Part shown: positions 23,781-36,470 of the stretch, one piece after another
Position numbering within the stretch: position 1 is the stretch's first letter
Layout of the letters: every line of letters starts with the position of its first letter
Source of the DNA: Octopus sinensis
Lineage: Eukaryota
Assembly: GCF_006345805.1 (NCBI RefSeq)
Contig: NC_043007.1
Coordinates: 47,678,001 to 47,742,000 of the forward strand
Length of the DNA stretch: 64,000 bases
Direction of reading: 5' to 3'
Translations under genes and position numbers: made by a program
The notes under the pieces: generated by a model
What the model saw: only the letters and a program-made list of their open reading frames with translations
Databases searched by the model: none
What the model was told of the DNA's origin: nothing

Positions 23781-24076
23781 AAAAGAGATTAGCCACTGTG
23801 AAAATAGGAAAATGGATCCTATTTCGTAAAATAAACAACATCCTAATGCTTTGGGAGAAGGATTCTTTTCACTATGTTATTTGCTGTGACTTACCTATAT
23901 GTAAACAACACCAGAAATTGGTACATCAGCAACAAACTACAATGGATGAAACAAGAGATCACAGTAATGATAATAACAGAAACAACTACTGCTTAGGAAC
24001 AAGTCAGCGCTGATCGAGCACGGCTATCATCAAAAGCGTTCCAGCTATAACCATCAAGTCTCTATGTATAAGTAGG

Positions 24077-24379
24077 ATTGTTTGTTCCTTCTCGAGCCAT
24101 CCCTGGCTCATTAGGGCTGGTTTCCCGGTTTCCTTGGCGTACAGGTTCCCCACCTGGACGGGACGCCGGTCCGTCGCAGGTGAGCTGCAAGATGCGGGAG
24201 GAAAGAGTGAGAGAAAGTTGTGGCGAAAGAGTCAGCAGAAGTTCGTCATTTCCGTCTACCGGAGCCATGTGGAGCTTAGGTGTTTCGCTCATAAACACAC
24301 ACATCGCCCGGTCTGAGATTCGAACCCACGATCCCTCGACCGCGAGTCCGCTGCTCTCACCACTAGGCCATGTGCCTCC
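24077..24379 (-). mobile_element. Young tRNA-derived SINE, family D, with a Meta-domain-like centre
   Basis: A box TGGCCTAGTGG, B box GGGTTCGAATC; CCTGCGACGGACCGGCGTCCCGTCCAGG..GAAACCGGG resembles the MetaSINE core as I recall it; CpGs intact. Confidence 0.7.
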
Positions 24380-24604
24380 ACATAAGCAGGATTAAACTTG
24401 AATATATTCTAGTTATATTTTTAAAACTATAAGGTACAATTGTGACAGATTTAGCAACTATTTCTCACTGGTCTAAGGTTCACGTAGAGGCAATCTTTCG
24501 TTGGATTGGGCATGTACTTTTATATTCTGTTTTTAGGCAAGAGCTTTTGTTTGATCTCCTTAAAATTATACCCTACTGTCTTAGAAAAAGAAGTAAAGAG
24601 GATC

Positions 24605-24756
24605 TGGCTGTGAGGTAAGTAACTTGCTTACCAACAACATGGTTCCAGCTTCATCCCACTGCGTGGCACCTTGGGCAAGTGTCTTCTAACATAGCCTCAG
24701 GCAAACAAAAACCTTGTGAGTGGACTTGATAGACGGACACTGAAAGCAGCACGTCG

Positions 24757-24788
<32 letters not shown>

Positions 24789-25040
24789 TGTATGTATGTA
24801 TGTATGTATGTATGTATGTATGTATATGTTTGTATGTCTGTGTTTGTACCCCCAACATCGCTTGACAACCGATACTGGTGCGTTTACGTCCAGGTAACTT
24901 AGAGATTCGGCAAAAGACACTGATAGAATAAGTACTAGGCTTACAAAGAATAAGTCCTGGGGTCGATTTGCTCGACTAAAGGCGGTGCTCCAGCATGGCC
25001 GCAGTCAAATGACTGAAACAAGTAAAAGAGCAAAAGAGTA
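24605..25040 (+). mobile_element. Family A SINE with internal (TATG)n
   Basis: Full alignment by eye to 6738-7138. Confidence 0.92.
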
Positions 25041-26766
25041 TGCCTGAATGATAAAATAGTCACAGCTGAAATTCCTATGATTGTGGGTGCAGCTAGGACA
25101 GGGATGACAAAAGACTAAAATGATAACTAGATTGAAATTCAGAAATCAGATTTAGTTCGAAGAAAGAGAGCGTCCATCTACCTAATCGATAATTACTTTC
25201 CTTACTATAATTATTTTATCATTCATCTTCTGTATCGCTATACAACTATGGCTAGTTTAAAATTTGTCAAGACGATGTAGGAACGATACAATAAAATATA
25301 AAATGGTCAAATAATTTCGAACTTACTTATTTCCCTTACTAGAAGTTATTTCCCATGAGTTCGAATTTGTGCAAGTTGCCTCCCTTGCTTTCATAACTTT
25401 ATATAAACGTTACGTTGCTATTTTGAGTTTACATAACCTGATAATCTCATTACGTTCTCTCTTAATACTAAATATGCTAGCGTTGACAGAGATTATTCGA
25501 AATATTTGGACATAGTTTAAGATCTTTACTATACTCTGCAATATGTCTGATGTTTCTGGTTGAAGCTGTTCCGATCACATTCTCCAACGTGTTCAGTATC
25601 CACGTACGTTCCACTATGCACTTCAATATACTTTTCTATAAGATGTATACAAATGTGTGCGTGTGTGTTGTCATTGTTCAGTATTAGATCAGCCACACTC
25701 GAATACATCTATGATCAAAGACATTCTACTTCTGAACACCGTGTACTTTTAGAACATATCATCAAGAACCACATTATCCATTGTACCATTTTTTTATGTA
25801 TATTGTAGGACGTAATGTCATAGAAATTTGGCTATTATTTCCAGCACATATTCGTGTACATCACTACAGCACCGTCCCATATGTGTGTATATTATTACAG
25901 CACTACTCTATATTTGTATATACCAACGTATCACCATCCCTATCAGTGTATATTACAACATTACCACTCCGTAACTTCTGTATCATCACTCCATTTGTAT
26001 ATATATATATTCCTATAGCACTACCCCATATCCCTATATACAACTGAATCATTGCCCTCTTATTTATGCATACCCACTCCATATATGGGTATACAACCTT
26101 CCCAGCCAGCAAAACCATATCAGGCCAATATCAAACCGCCTATATCAGTCCTACATCAGAAACTGTGTCGCTTTGATTTCAGTCCAATCTCATTTTGCAA
26201 CATGGCACAATATCGGGCCAACATATTCCCCAATGTTGGGCTGATATAGTTGGTCACTGGCAGTCCAAAGCCATTCTCAAGTCACCAACTTAACCTCTGC
26301 TTCTGTTGCATTTTTCATAGTCTTGTGAACAGCCCCTGAAATTAATTAATTATGCTACTTAAAAGGAGTTCTTAATGTGAGAATAACAAATGTGCTCACA
26401 TCCATTTACTCATGTGCTATTCACAAAGGCAAAACTCTACTAGCATAAATTACATGGATTTGACTAATTCTACAGTTGAAAACAGATACAAATACTCATA
26501 AACATTCACTACTGTTTTATGTCAGAAGCTACCAAAGCTAGTACATCCACTCCCCACACCCACAGTCTGGCTAAAACAGTACTCAAAGTGAATATTAATA
26601 TCATCATATACCCAACCCAGGGCCATTTTCAGTCCAATGACCGCAAATCAAAATTTTTTAAATGCAGTTATTTTCAATACACTATGAGCAAAGAATAAAA
26701 TGTATGCTCAAATGTAAAGCAAAATGTAGAATAATGGCCTTTTTGTCAAACATCAAAAGCAATTAA

Positions 26767-27220
26767 CAGGGTTCCTGCAGGTTTTTAAAAAGAAAATTGA
26801 AGGTTTTTCAAGAGTATTTTCAAGCTAGATTCAAGGACCATCACGACCACTCCACAAAAAATTCAAGAGTTTCCAAGGACATCCTTCTGATAAAACATAA
26901 CTATTTACATTGCTTAGGTTCTCAAATCATATTGTTTAAATATCACCCAATTGTTGACTAATGTGTAGCAATGTTTCCATGCCAGTGTTGGCAACACTGA
27001 TAAGGAAACATTGCAAATATGAATTCAGATGATTGGTTAAAATAGAACACTTTTCTTCTGTAGTACGGGGAGTGAACTGAATATAAAACTTTTAAATAAA
27101 AATCCAAAGTTTTCAAGGATTGCTGTGTGTCTGAAGAATTTTCAAGGGCTTTCCAGGCCTAAAATTTTACTTTTGAAATTCAAGGGTATTCAAGGAATTC
27201 AAGGACCTGCGGGAACTTTG
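26767..27220. mobile_element. Nested MITE, CAGGG terminus, 5-bp TSD ATTAA (hAT5-like)
   Basis: TIR CAGGGTTCCTGCAGGT / ACCTGCGGGAACTTTG; ATTAA at 26762-26766 and 27221-27225; about 10 TTC(A/C)AG subterminal motifs. Confidence 0.7.
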
Positions 27221-28195
27221 ATTAAGAAATTAGTAAGGTTGCAGCATGATTTTCATTTTTAGGGTTATATATGTGGGCACAGGCTTACCTGCATAAGGAT
27301 CTGCCAGCAATTATCCTCTCATATATAACATTTGGTATCTCAACATAGTGGTTAATCTCAATACTCTGAAAGCCAAACTAGCATATGTCCATTTTTCAAA
27401 GATAATTCTTGCATTTTTTCAGCAAAACCATACAGATACAGATATTGTAAGAAGTGGCTTGATGTGCCAGTTCTAAAGATATCCATATCTGTATGGTTTT
27501 ACCGAGAGAGTTCCAAGAAATTTCAAGCTGTGGGCCAGTTTGATTGATGATTTGGGTAAATGGTAAACATAGATCTGAGCTCTTTCAAAAAGATATAATA
27601 GAAAAATTGCTCGTTTCACCTCCAGAATGCATAAACCCCATAACATTAATGTCAATACAACTGCTTTGTTAACTGGTTGAGTGTTGGAAGCAACTGTTGT
27701 GGTTTTAAAAAAATGTGGATTATCAGCAAAAGGTCACAATTCTGCTAATATTGACAATCAATATATGATTGGCTGTTGGCTGCACAGCATATGTAATGAT
27801 GATAGCTCATCTTGAAAAATGTTCAAAAGCAGGTTTCTGTTTCTGAACTGATACACCTGCAAATACTGTTCCACCTGGGATGATTTGTTGAGTCATGCTA
27901 ACTGTTGGACAGCCTCACCTCTCGTCTGTGATATCTAATAGTTCAGCTTAGAAAATGTAGTGCTGCCGATGGCTATGTCGTCAGCACTTCATCCAGTAAG
28001 ATGAACTTCCTTACCTGAGTGGCATTATCACACCTGTGTAATTAGAGCACAGATATCAATTTGGGTTTGGTAGATATTGAATTGAGTTATTGGATATCAG
28101 CATATACTGATAATACACATATCAGCTCATCACTAGGAGATGGTTATTCAATTTGGGGAATTGGGTATACAAAGGCTGATAACTTTGATACTTAC

Positions 28196-30355
28196 TGTGA
28201 ATCACTGATGAAAGTTTCAACTGGCCAAATGAAGGTTTGCCTTTTTTGCCATACCAGTTATATAGCTTGCTTAACTTTCTGGTCAGGATGTTGCATACTG
28301 TGTCACTAGAATTTTTACCCCCAAGCACAACAAAGTAATTAACCTGAAAATGGATGGATTCTGTTACAAAGCTTTACACTCTACAAGCTAAATGACTGAT
28401 AATACATTCACACTTTATATTAGGAGAACACAAAAAAGCACAGCTGATATGAGAGTATAGAAAATTTGTCAATCATTTCAAACATATTTGAATTATAAAT
28501 TAGATGTAAGGGCTTCAACAATTTTGTTTTAATGACAGAGTGATAAATTTGGGTTGGTAAATATAAGGGCCCAGAAAGATATCTCATCATTAAATTATAT
28601 ATGGTGCACAAAGTCAATTTCAGAATCTAGGCTAGTTTGTGGCAAATAGTGACAACATACAAATAGGATCAAGGTTTGCAAATTGTTTATGCATATGATG
28701 TCCACTTGTCAGAGGATTTAAACCCTCTGCCATTCACTGACTTATCTTATTTTACCAGTAAAACAGAACTTGTAAACCACAGTACACAAGCACCATGTTA
28801 CTTTCTAAAGTTCCCGCTGGAACCTTAATCAAATAATCTTTTCAACTGAATAACAGGTTGATGCGCTTAAATATTTTTAATTACCATACATTCACAACAA
28901 ATCAAATCTGAAGTTATGAGTACTGAGATGAGCACACAATGATGGGTGTGAGTTTCTTTGGTGTGTGTGCGGGATATGGAAACATGCATGTGAAGAATGA
29001 AGGAAGCAATCGTCACATGTAAGTGGACAGATCAGTTAGAGAGGGACAGAGAAGTTATTAATGAACCAGCAGGTAAAACCATGAAAATGTAAAATGTACA
29101 ACTTACCATGTTATTTTGAACTGCCTATCACTTAACTTAGCTTCCAAAGCCTCAACATCCTCTTGACTCTCATAAGGGTAATGAATTGTGTTGGGGAGAT
29201 TTCTTGTCTCCGAAATGGAGAATGAGGATGGAATATGTTGAATTAGCTGCAGTATAGACTGCAGCATTTCCCTCTGCTAGGACTGTTCCTCTCAATTTTT
29301 TTCAACTGTGGTGAATAGCAGCTGATCCCGAACTGAAACAGAAAATAGAAAAAAAAAAGGTAGAGTTATGATATACTTGCTGAGTATACTTCATGACATT
29401 AGTAGTTTACAGATATACTGAGAATAACACATAATCAATAATAATCTCATTTCACATTTGCTTTCTGGAATCAGAGACATCACTAAACCAACAATCAATT
29501 ATCTGTAGCCTTATATAAGGTCTAGTATAGCACTAATATTTATTTGTCCTTTCTAGTGTGCCATAGTTAGGGGTAAGGGTCTCATATTTCAGAAATGGGA
29601 GTTATGATATCTATTTAACAGGGAAGTGGAACCTTGTTTCAGTGCCCCAGGGGCCTCTAGAATAGTAAAAGACACCAAAGTTAATATTACAGTATTATAT
29701 TCCTCATGCTAATACAAGCAAAGTTTTTATACCTCTTCACCCAAAAGAGAAAACGTCCAACATGGAGATGTTGTGGCTAGCTGAAGCTAAAACTTATGAT
29801 ATCCTCACACAAATATCAACAGACCAATTAGGATGAGTTATACAATTTATTGTTTTTAAGTAATCCTTTAGAAACAAGATAGGTTAAATTGGTAAAATTC
29901 TTGAAAATGCATTTTGTCTTTTGACTCTACCTTCATTTACCTGCCAAATATTTCTTAAGTAATGTAATTATGTATCAGGGTGAAAGCAAACATTTCAAAC
30001 ATAGCTCTCCATGAAATGACCCCAAGAGCTGCTTTCAAACACAGAATGTTTTATTTTTCTGTTTGTAAATAAATTTGAAACCACTTTCCACATACGCTAA
30101 AGTATACCAACGATATAATATTGTCTTACCATGCAACAACTGTTCAGATTTTCCCAACAAGTTGGGAGGAGCTACATTTGCACTTCTTTCTTTTGGCATA
30201 TAGTGAATGTCAGTTGGCTGTGGATATCTGCTTGGCTCTGGAGAAGACAAGCGAGGTTGAGATACTCTCTCTCTTTTGGAAGCTGAACGACAGGAGGTGG
30301 CTTTGGAAGCATCCGTCTTTGATACTCAGAATCATCATTTGAGAAAACTGGTGCC
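28196..30355 (-). pseudogene. Spliced DUF4806-domain gene, decayed (exons 30355-30130, 29332-29107, 28343-28196)
   Basis: Reconstructed ..EMLQSILQLIQ..LPNTIHYPYESQEDVEALEAKLSDRQFK/NNM|VNYFVVLGGKNSSDTVCNILTRKLSKLYNWYGKKGKPSFGQLKLSSVIH matches the DUF4806 pattern from memory; canonical GT-AG sites; 2 in-frame stops and at least 2 frameshifts. Confidence 0.75.
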
Positions 30356-32859
30356 CTATAGAAAATAAAATGAAAAATAAACAGGGAATTACATGTACTT
30401 CCTTTCACACAGTAAATAACATGGATATATGTTTGTCAAAACATAACCTTAGAACACATTGCAACTCGTACAAATGTTTATAATAAGCCTCAAACCTGTA
30501 GTGCTATCTATGGAAATTTCTGACAGCCTATCCACACTTTCATGTAAAAGGAAAGGTGGATGGTGAGTGGGGACTCAGAGTATCCTCAGGAACTGATATT
30601 CGGCCCTATTTCCAATGCAAATAATAAATTCAGCAAACATAGAGTGATCCTCACTGTCAGATATGTTGATAAACCCCAAGACATAAAAAAATAAATGAAC
30701 ATCTAAAAGGGATTCACTAATTATTAAAGAACTGTTTGTCTGAAATTTGTAGACAAGCTATCTGTAGCCCTCCTAATGATATCCATTTCTGTAGGATTTC
30801 ATTGAGAAATTTGAAATATATTTTGAGCTGTGGCAGGTTTATGTTGGTTTATTTTCTGTTTGTTTTTGGCTACGCGTACCAAAACGAATAATCTGTCAAA
30901 TGTTGATAACCATTCAATTATTAGCTTCAAATGTAAACGTCATAATGTTTGTTGATGCTTCAAAACAACGATTTTAACAACTTTTTTTCATCCTAATTTA
31001 ACGTAAATTAGAAGTTTGGATCCAAGTTTTGAAAATCGTGTGCACTATTCTAAGCATTTTTAGTCTTATTTACGACACTAGGTAAATCATGTATTTTTCT
31101 TTTCTTTTTTTTTTTAATTTTAATATCCTAACTTTCGACAAGGATATTGAATTTCCCTGGTATCGATATGGAAAATGAAAGGATTGCATTATGAGTTGCT
31201 TCCCCTGTCCCTGCTTGGGACACAAGAATATTCCGATGTGGAGTACTGTTAAAGAAAATCACAATACTGCTACAAATACAATTTTTTCTGCATGGACGAT
31301 GATAGTAGTAAACGGAACTGACAATGAAAAATTTTAAACATAAAATAACACCGTTTTGATGTATTGATGACAGGCCGATATCGGCAAAAAATTACCGATA
31401 TTCCGCTGATCACCCAATATCGGCCCGATATGGTCATGCTGGCTGGGTTACTACCGCTTTATTTGTATGTATATATTTACATATGCACACAAGCCATAGT
31501 TTGCTTTTGCATGGCTGACCCGGACCTAAACGACAATAATAACAGTCCTATATTATACTTCAGATAAGAAGCCAATTTCACCTTTTATATAACCCAATAA
31601 CTTTCCCACGGAAGGGATTGAAACCAGTCGTACAAACCAATGAATCACTCATCAGTTTCATTATGCAGCTACAGCTTGCGGTGAAGAATTATATTATTTT
31701 GCAGTACCTATTTAGAGCTACATAGACATGGTTGTTGCTATTTTAGTAACCTAACTGCAAGCACAATGCCTTACACCAACCGCTGATTTCCAACTGGCTG
31801 TTTGATTCCAGTTAGCTCAGTAATATGTTGAAGTAAGAGGAGCGGTACTCAAACTAACTTTCTAGATATATATTGACAATGAAAGCCTCGTAAATGAAGA
31901 AATCTTGCCCATGTATACAACCCCTCGTAGTTTTTAGCTACTTCGTCTACTGTCTTACATTGTTCTTAATTCTTGCTAAATATGGATCTTAATTAGCGAG
32001 TGTTCGTTATCCAACAGAACTGAGTTCATCTCTTGTAAACGTGCGAGTTTCCACATGGACGATTGCATTGCTAAAAATAACAACAAAATATCAGTATCGC
32101 TTTTCAAAAAAATCCACGGCATTATCATAAATATTACATGTAGAACATTGTTTAATTGACATAACTTTGGGGTAGCTTTCAGTTGTGCGCCCAGCGTTAA
32201 AATAATATTGGTGAGCACTCCTAAACCACGAGCAGTGTCAGGATACTCATACTGAGTTAGCAATGAGTGTCCAGTGGGTGGAGAGTCGATGCAATTCCGA
32301 AAGTGTAATATCTGAGACTGAGGTGGTGACCAGCACGGGCAATTGGAGCAGCAGCAGCATATTAGATGATAACAACAGCAGCGACAGCAATGGCAGCAGT
32401 CACACCAGCAGAGCATCAAGCAGCAGCGGTGACTACGACGACAATACCAACAGCTTCAATAGTACCGGCAATGTGTCCGGCAGGGCAGCAACTACAACCT
32501 TCTTGACAGCAACCGCGACACCAAGATCGCATCCAGCAATAGCAGCATCAATGACAGCGACACTGGCCACAGCATAAGCGGCAGCAACGGGCCCGGCAGA
32601 CAGCAGCATCAGTAGCGATAACAACAGCGGCTGTAACACCACCAGGACAAGAGCATAGACACGGAAATATGTCGGATCTACAGGCAGCTTGTTCAAGCAT
32701 CGACTGAGCAACCACGGGTCTTCCTTTCAGATAACCTCACGTCACAGGCTAGCTACGTATGGCGTTTGAAACTGGTGAGTACGTCATACATAATTTAACT
32801 GAGGATCTTAGAACAACCGGGGCCATAGCTCAACGGGTTTAAACGTTTTGAGCGAGATG

Positions 32860-33080
32860 GGCTACTCGACCTGAAGAAAATTCTAACTGGGCCCCACCTG
32901 CAAGGTCATGCACTGTTTATCTTGATATGAGATCACCATGTCGTGCACGTATGGTTGTGATGCATGTGCCTTTATCAGGCGAGTAGTCATGATGGATATA
33001 CTGGGTTTCGTATATTTACCCCAGTGTCACTTTGATGGCATGCACTGCTCTCTCACTCAATAATAATAATAATAATAATA
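32860..33080 (+). mobile_element. Unclassified retroelement-like 3' end terminating in (AAT)n
   Basis: Non-coding segment ending CTCTCTCACTCAATAATAATAAT; family not determined. Confidence 0.35.
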
Positions 33081-33327
33081 CTGCCACCAGCAATCCAAAT
33101 AACCAATATCATTACACACTCAACACACAATACAAGCTGTAATACAACACAAACTGCACCACACCTCGAGAAAAAAAAAACTAACGCAATACAATACCAG
33201 GAAGAGCTTGCACACTCCCAACAACAGAAAAGAACTCAATACTGCATACATTGGAAGTGTAGCAGGTGATGCAATAGAAATTTGTTTCAAACTACCAAAT
33301 GTTGAATAATTATATAACAACAACAAT

Positions 33328-33625
33328 ATGAGAACTAATAGAGAAAAGACCATCAAGTGGAAAGAAAAAGTCCTTCACGAAAAGTTTTTTCAACAAATAG
33401 TGGATGAAGCTGACGAAGAATCCTGGACATGGTTAAGACATGCTTTGCTTTTATTAATTTTTTTTAAGGAGACAGAACTGATTCTTGCTGGCCAAGAACA
33501 AGCTTTACATACTAATTCAATCAAGTGTAGCATTGATAAAACAGCAGCATCACCTTTGTGTAGACTATGTGGGAAAATCATCTGAGGCAGTTAGACATAT
33601 AATTAGTGGACGCTCAAAAATGACT
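33328..33625 (+). mobile_element. R4/Dong-clade (RLE) LINE fragment with C-terminal zinc knuckle
   Basis: WKEKVLHEKFF..SWTWL..KETELILAGQEQALHTNSIK..DKT..PLCRLCGK/SEAVRHIISG, the typical WxxKxLHG..AQEQAL..CRLC..HIxSGC block. Confidence 0.8.
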
Positions 33626-34641
33626 AGTGCTTATTTCATTGACCCTGAAAGGATGAAAGGCAGAGTTAATCTCGGTTGAATTTGAACTCAGATCGTAAAG
33701 CCGAAGAAATGCTGCTAAGCATGTTGTCCGGCATGCTAACGATTTTGCCGTTCCAAGCAGCGTGACCAGTAGTATGCCCATGATCTCAGATATTGCATTC
33801 AGATTCTTTGACTCCTGTGCTGAGGAAGGTGTTGCACCTCTGAGCTGCGGGCAGGAGATGAGGAATAATTACATTCATAAAAAATCTATGTATTAGAAAA
33901 CAACGACGACGATGATGATGATGGATGACCATGACGATGACGGTGGCTGTGCTGATGATGATGACCATGTCGGTGGTGACGTTAATGGTGAGGGTGATGA
34001 GGACGAAGATAACGATGATGCTGATGATGATGGTGATGGTATTGTATACAGTACTCAAATGCATTATAACCATATATAAGTAAGATGTAGTCGATTCTGT
34101 GTATTTAGTTATTCACATTTCGAAGTATATAATTACTGTTGATGTTGACATTGCTGTTCTAATTGTGGTAAACAAACAGTTTGTCATAATATTGCATTTA
34201 TATCTATTTTAAATGTAGGAGACTAAAAATAAATTGTTCTGACTTAGCTATCACTCCTACCAACACCTTTGTCCCTAGTATCCACGCCTCCCAGGGGTGA
34301 ATACCGCCCACTTTGTGAACTGTTGATGTAGTCCTTTTACTGACACCTTTTGTCGGTCTACTTTCGTTTAAGAAAAAGAGAATTTACGTGCTATTAAGTT
34401 AATAGAGGGAGATAACTTATAGAAGAGTTACGCCCCTTTATTAACTATTCTGACTTAATTCTTTTACTGTTGTTATATTTTGGGACAGTCATTTGCTTTT
34501 TTAAGGAGAAAAACAACTAGTTTCAAATCTCTGATTGAGATCTATGTAGTAACAGTACTGGATAGTAAAATTTATTTGCCAACATAACGTAGTAGTCCTG
34601 ACTAGGACTATGTTACTACCTTTAACCCCAGGAAAACATTA

Positions 34642-34808
34642 TTTTTCTTGCCAAAAAAAAAACACACAGGCTATATATTCGTTCTTCACTTGTTTATTAT
34701 TGTTCTTGTTTTATCTAATATCCAGACAATGGACAAAAGATAAAATAAGGACAATAATAAACGAGTAAAGAATGAATATATAGTGCGCATGTTTTTTGGC
34801 AAGAAAAA
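34642..34808. repeat. Fold-back element with about 70-bp inverted arms
   Basis: TTTTCTTGCCAAAAAA..CTATATATTC..TTTATTATTGTTCTTGTTTTATCT / AGATAAAATAAGGACAATAATAAAC..GAATATATAG..TTTTTTGGCAAGAAAA; 21-nt spacer. Confidence 0.8.
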
Positions 34809-34892
34809 GAAAAATGACAGTCCTGAAATATAACAATATGTTTCAACACACGGTTTCACATCAGGAATCCTTTCAATATATTTATTGTAATT

Positions 34893-35480
34893 AGAGGCGG
34901 CGAGCTGGAAGAATCGTTAGCGCACGTTTTGAGCTCAAATTCTGCTGAGATCCATTTTGTTTTTCATCCTTTCGGGGTTGATAAAGTAAGAACCAGTTGA
35001 ACACTGGGGTCGATAAACATCTTAGCCTTCTCCTGGAATTGCTGGCCTTGTGTCAAAATTTGAAATCAATATCTTTTTTTGAATAGGTCGATCAAATAAG
35101 TATCTGTCAATTACTGGAGTCAATGTAATCAACTTTCACTTCCTCTAAAATACTACTGTCCTTGTGCCAAAATTTGAAACCAATTGTTTATCTAAATAGA
35201 GCTGTGAGCTGGTAGAATGGTTAGCACGTTGGCTAGCACTCTGCCAAGGTTGACTGTGTCTCATCGGGGTTGATAAAATAAATATCAGTTGAAAACCGGG
35301 GTTGATGTAATTGACTTATTCCTGTCCTTAGAATTACTGGCCTTGGGTCAAAGTTTGAGGCAAATATTTTATCTAAATTCCAAGGTGCCAATCAGGCAGT
35401 ATTGTTACCATGCCAGAGAAAATGCTGAGTGGCATTCCTTCTCACTCATTACATTTCTGAGTTCAAATTCTGCTGAGGTT
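34893..35480 (+). mobile_element. Cluster of diverged family B SINEs
   Basis: GGCGGCGAGCTGG head and repeated TGGCCTTGTG(T/C)CAAAATTTGAAA tails. Confidence 0.75.
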
Positions 35481-36267
35481 GATTTTACCTAACAGCTATG
35501 ATTATCGATCCTTGGATTGATAATTAGCTATGATCAAAGCTGATTATCCATCTAAGAATTATTAATTAAAGGAGTAATTCACATACCTGTTGTTGCCAGA
35601 AAGTCTTCATAGCATCTTTTGTTGTTTTTTAGTTTGTTACCAGCTACAATTAATTAGACATATAATGAAAGACATTTCACTGTCCTATCTTTTTTAAGGA
35701 TATCAATGACTATTTCTAAATCATCTTTTTTCTTATTTAAGATAGTGGCAGATAATTTGAGGGAAATTTGACTATTGTGACTAGCAAATTGACTGAGTGT
35801 GCAGAAACAATTGTGTAGACATATGATCACAGACATTCCATCAGTGACTGTCCCGTTTTTTTTTAGAGGAATCAATTACTATATTTAACTCATCTTTTCT
35901 TTTTTTAACATGATAGTGTATAATTCAAGGAAGATTTGGCTGTTGTTTCTAGCAAACACAGCATCTTTTAAATTATCACAGTGCTGCTCTGAATAAAGTA
36001 GCTGTTGTGCCAAGAAGGGCATCAGACTGTAAAAAGTTCTGCCTCAACAAATTCTATTCTGATCCATAAAAACCACAGAAAAGTGGACATTAAAACAAGT
36101 AATGAGGGTTCTTACAAATTAGGGGCTTACCAATAAATTTTGCAGACCTTCCCTAACTGGTGAAGAAAATGTGATTGATGTTCAGATTGAATACTCAGAG
36201 TCTGACATTACATGCAGAGACTTGGATGCTATAGTTCTGAGAAAGAAGGATTGAGGGAAGTGTTTAA

Positions 36268-36470
36268 CCCTTTAGCATTCAGATTACTCTGTCAAAAGTA
36301 ATGCTTATCTATTCACATCATTTTGAATTGTTCATACTTTATTTTGTAGCATCAACTTTTTGATGATGTAATTGTATATTTTTAAAATGGCATTGTAGGA
36401 AAAGTATGAGAAGCTATATAAAATAGGTAGAATATTTGGACCAGATATAACTGGTTGAAACACTAAAGGG
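36268..36470. mobile_element. piggyBac-like MITE, 203 bp
   Basis: TTAA|CCCTTTAGCATTC ... GAAACACTAAAGGG|TTAA; TTAA TSD on both sides. Confidence 0.85.

Larger units (their letters stand above)
26101..31447 (-). mobile_element. Non-autonomous CMC/EnSpm-like DNA transposon, 5347 bp
   Basis: TIR CCCAGCCAGCAAAACCATATCAGGCCAATAT versus the reverse complement of the right end CCCAGCCAGCATGACCATATCGGGCCGATAT; TT flanks both ends (2-bp TSD); subterminal CCGATAT/ATATCGG repeats; internal DUF4806 gene. Confidence 0.8.

Noticed and set aside
24300-24379. tRNA-like sequence (also heads at 5670-5740, 6738-6800, 62537-62610)
   Set aside because: A/B boxes continue into SINE bodies and no closed acceptor stem is present; SINE heads, not tRNA genes.
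27380-27660. Possible EnSpm transposase C-terminal remnant inside the CCCAG element
   Set aside because: Only a vague resemblance across shifting frames; cannot be supported without a profile search.
28061-28309. 82-aa plus ORF
   Set aside because: Antisense shadow of the DUF4806 exon.
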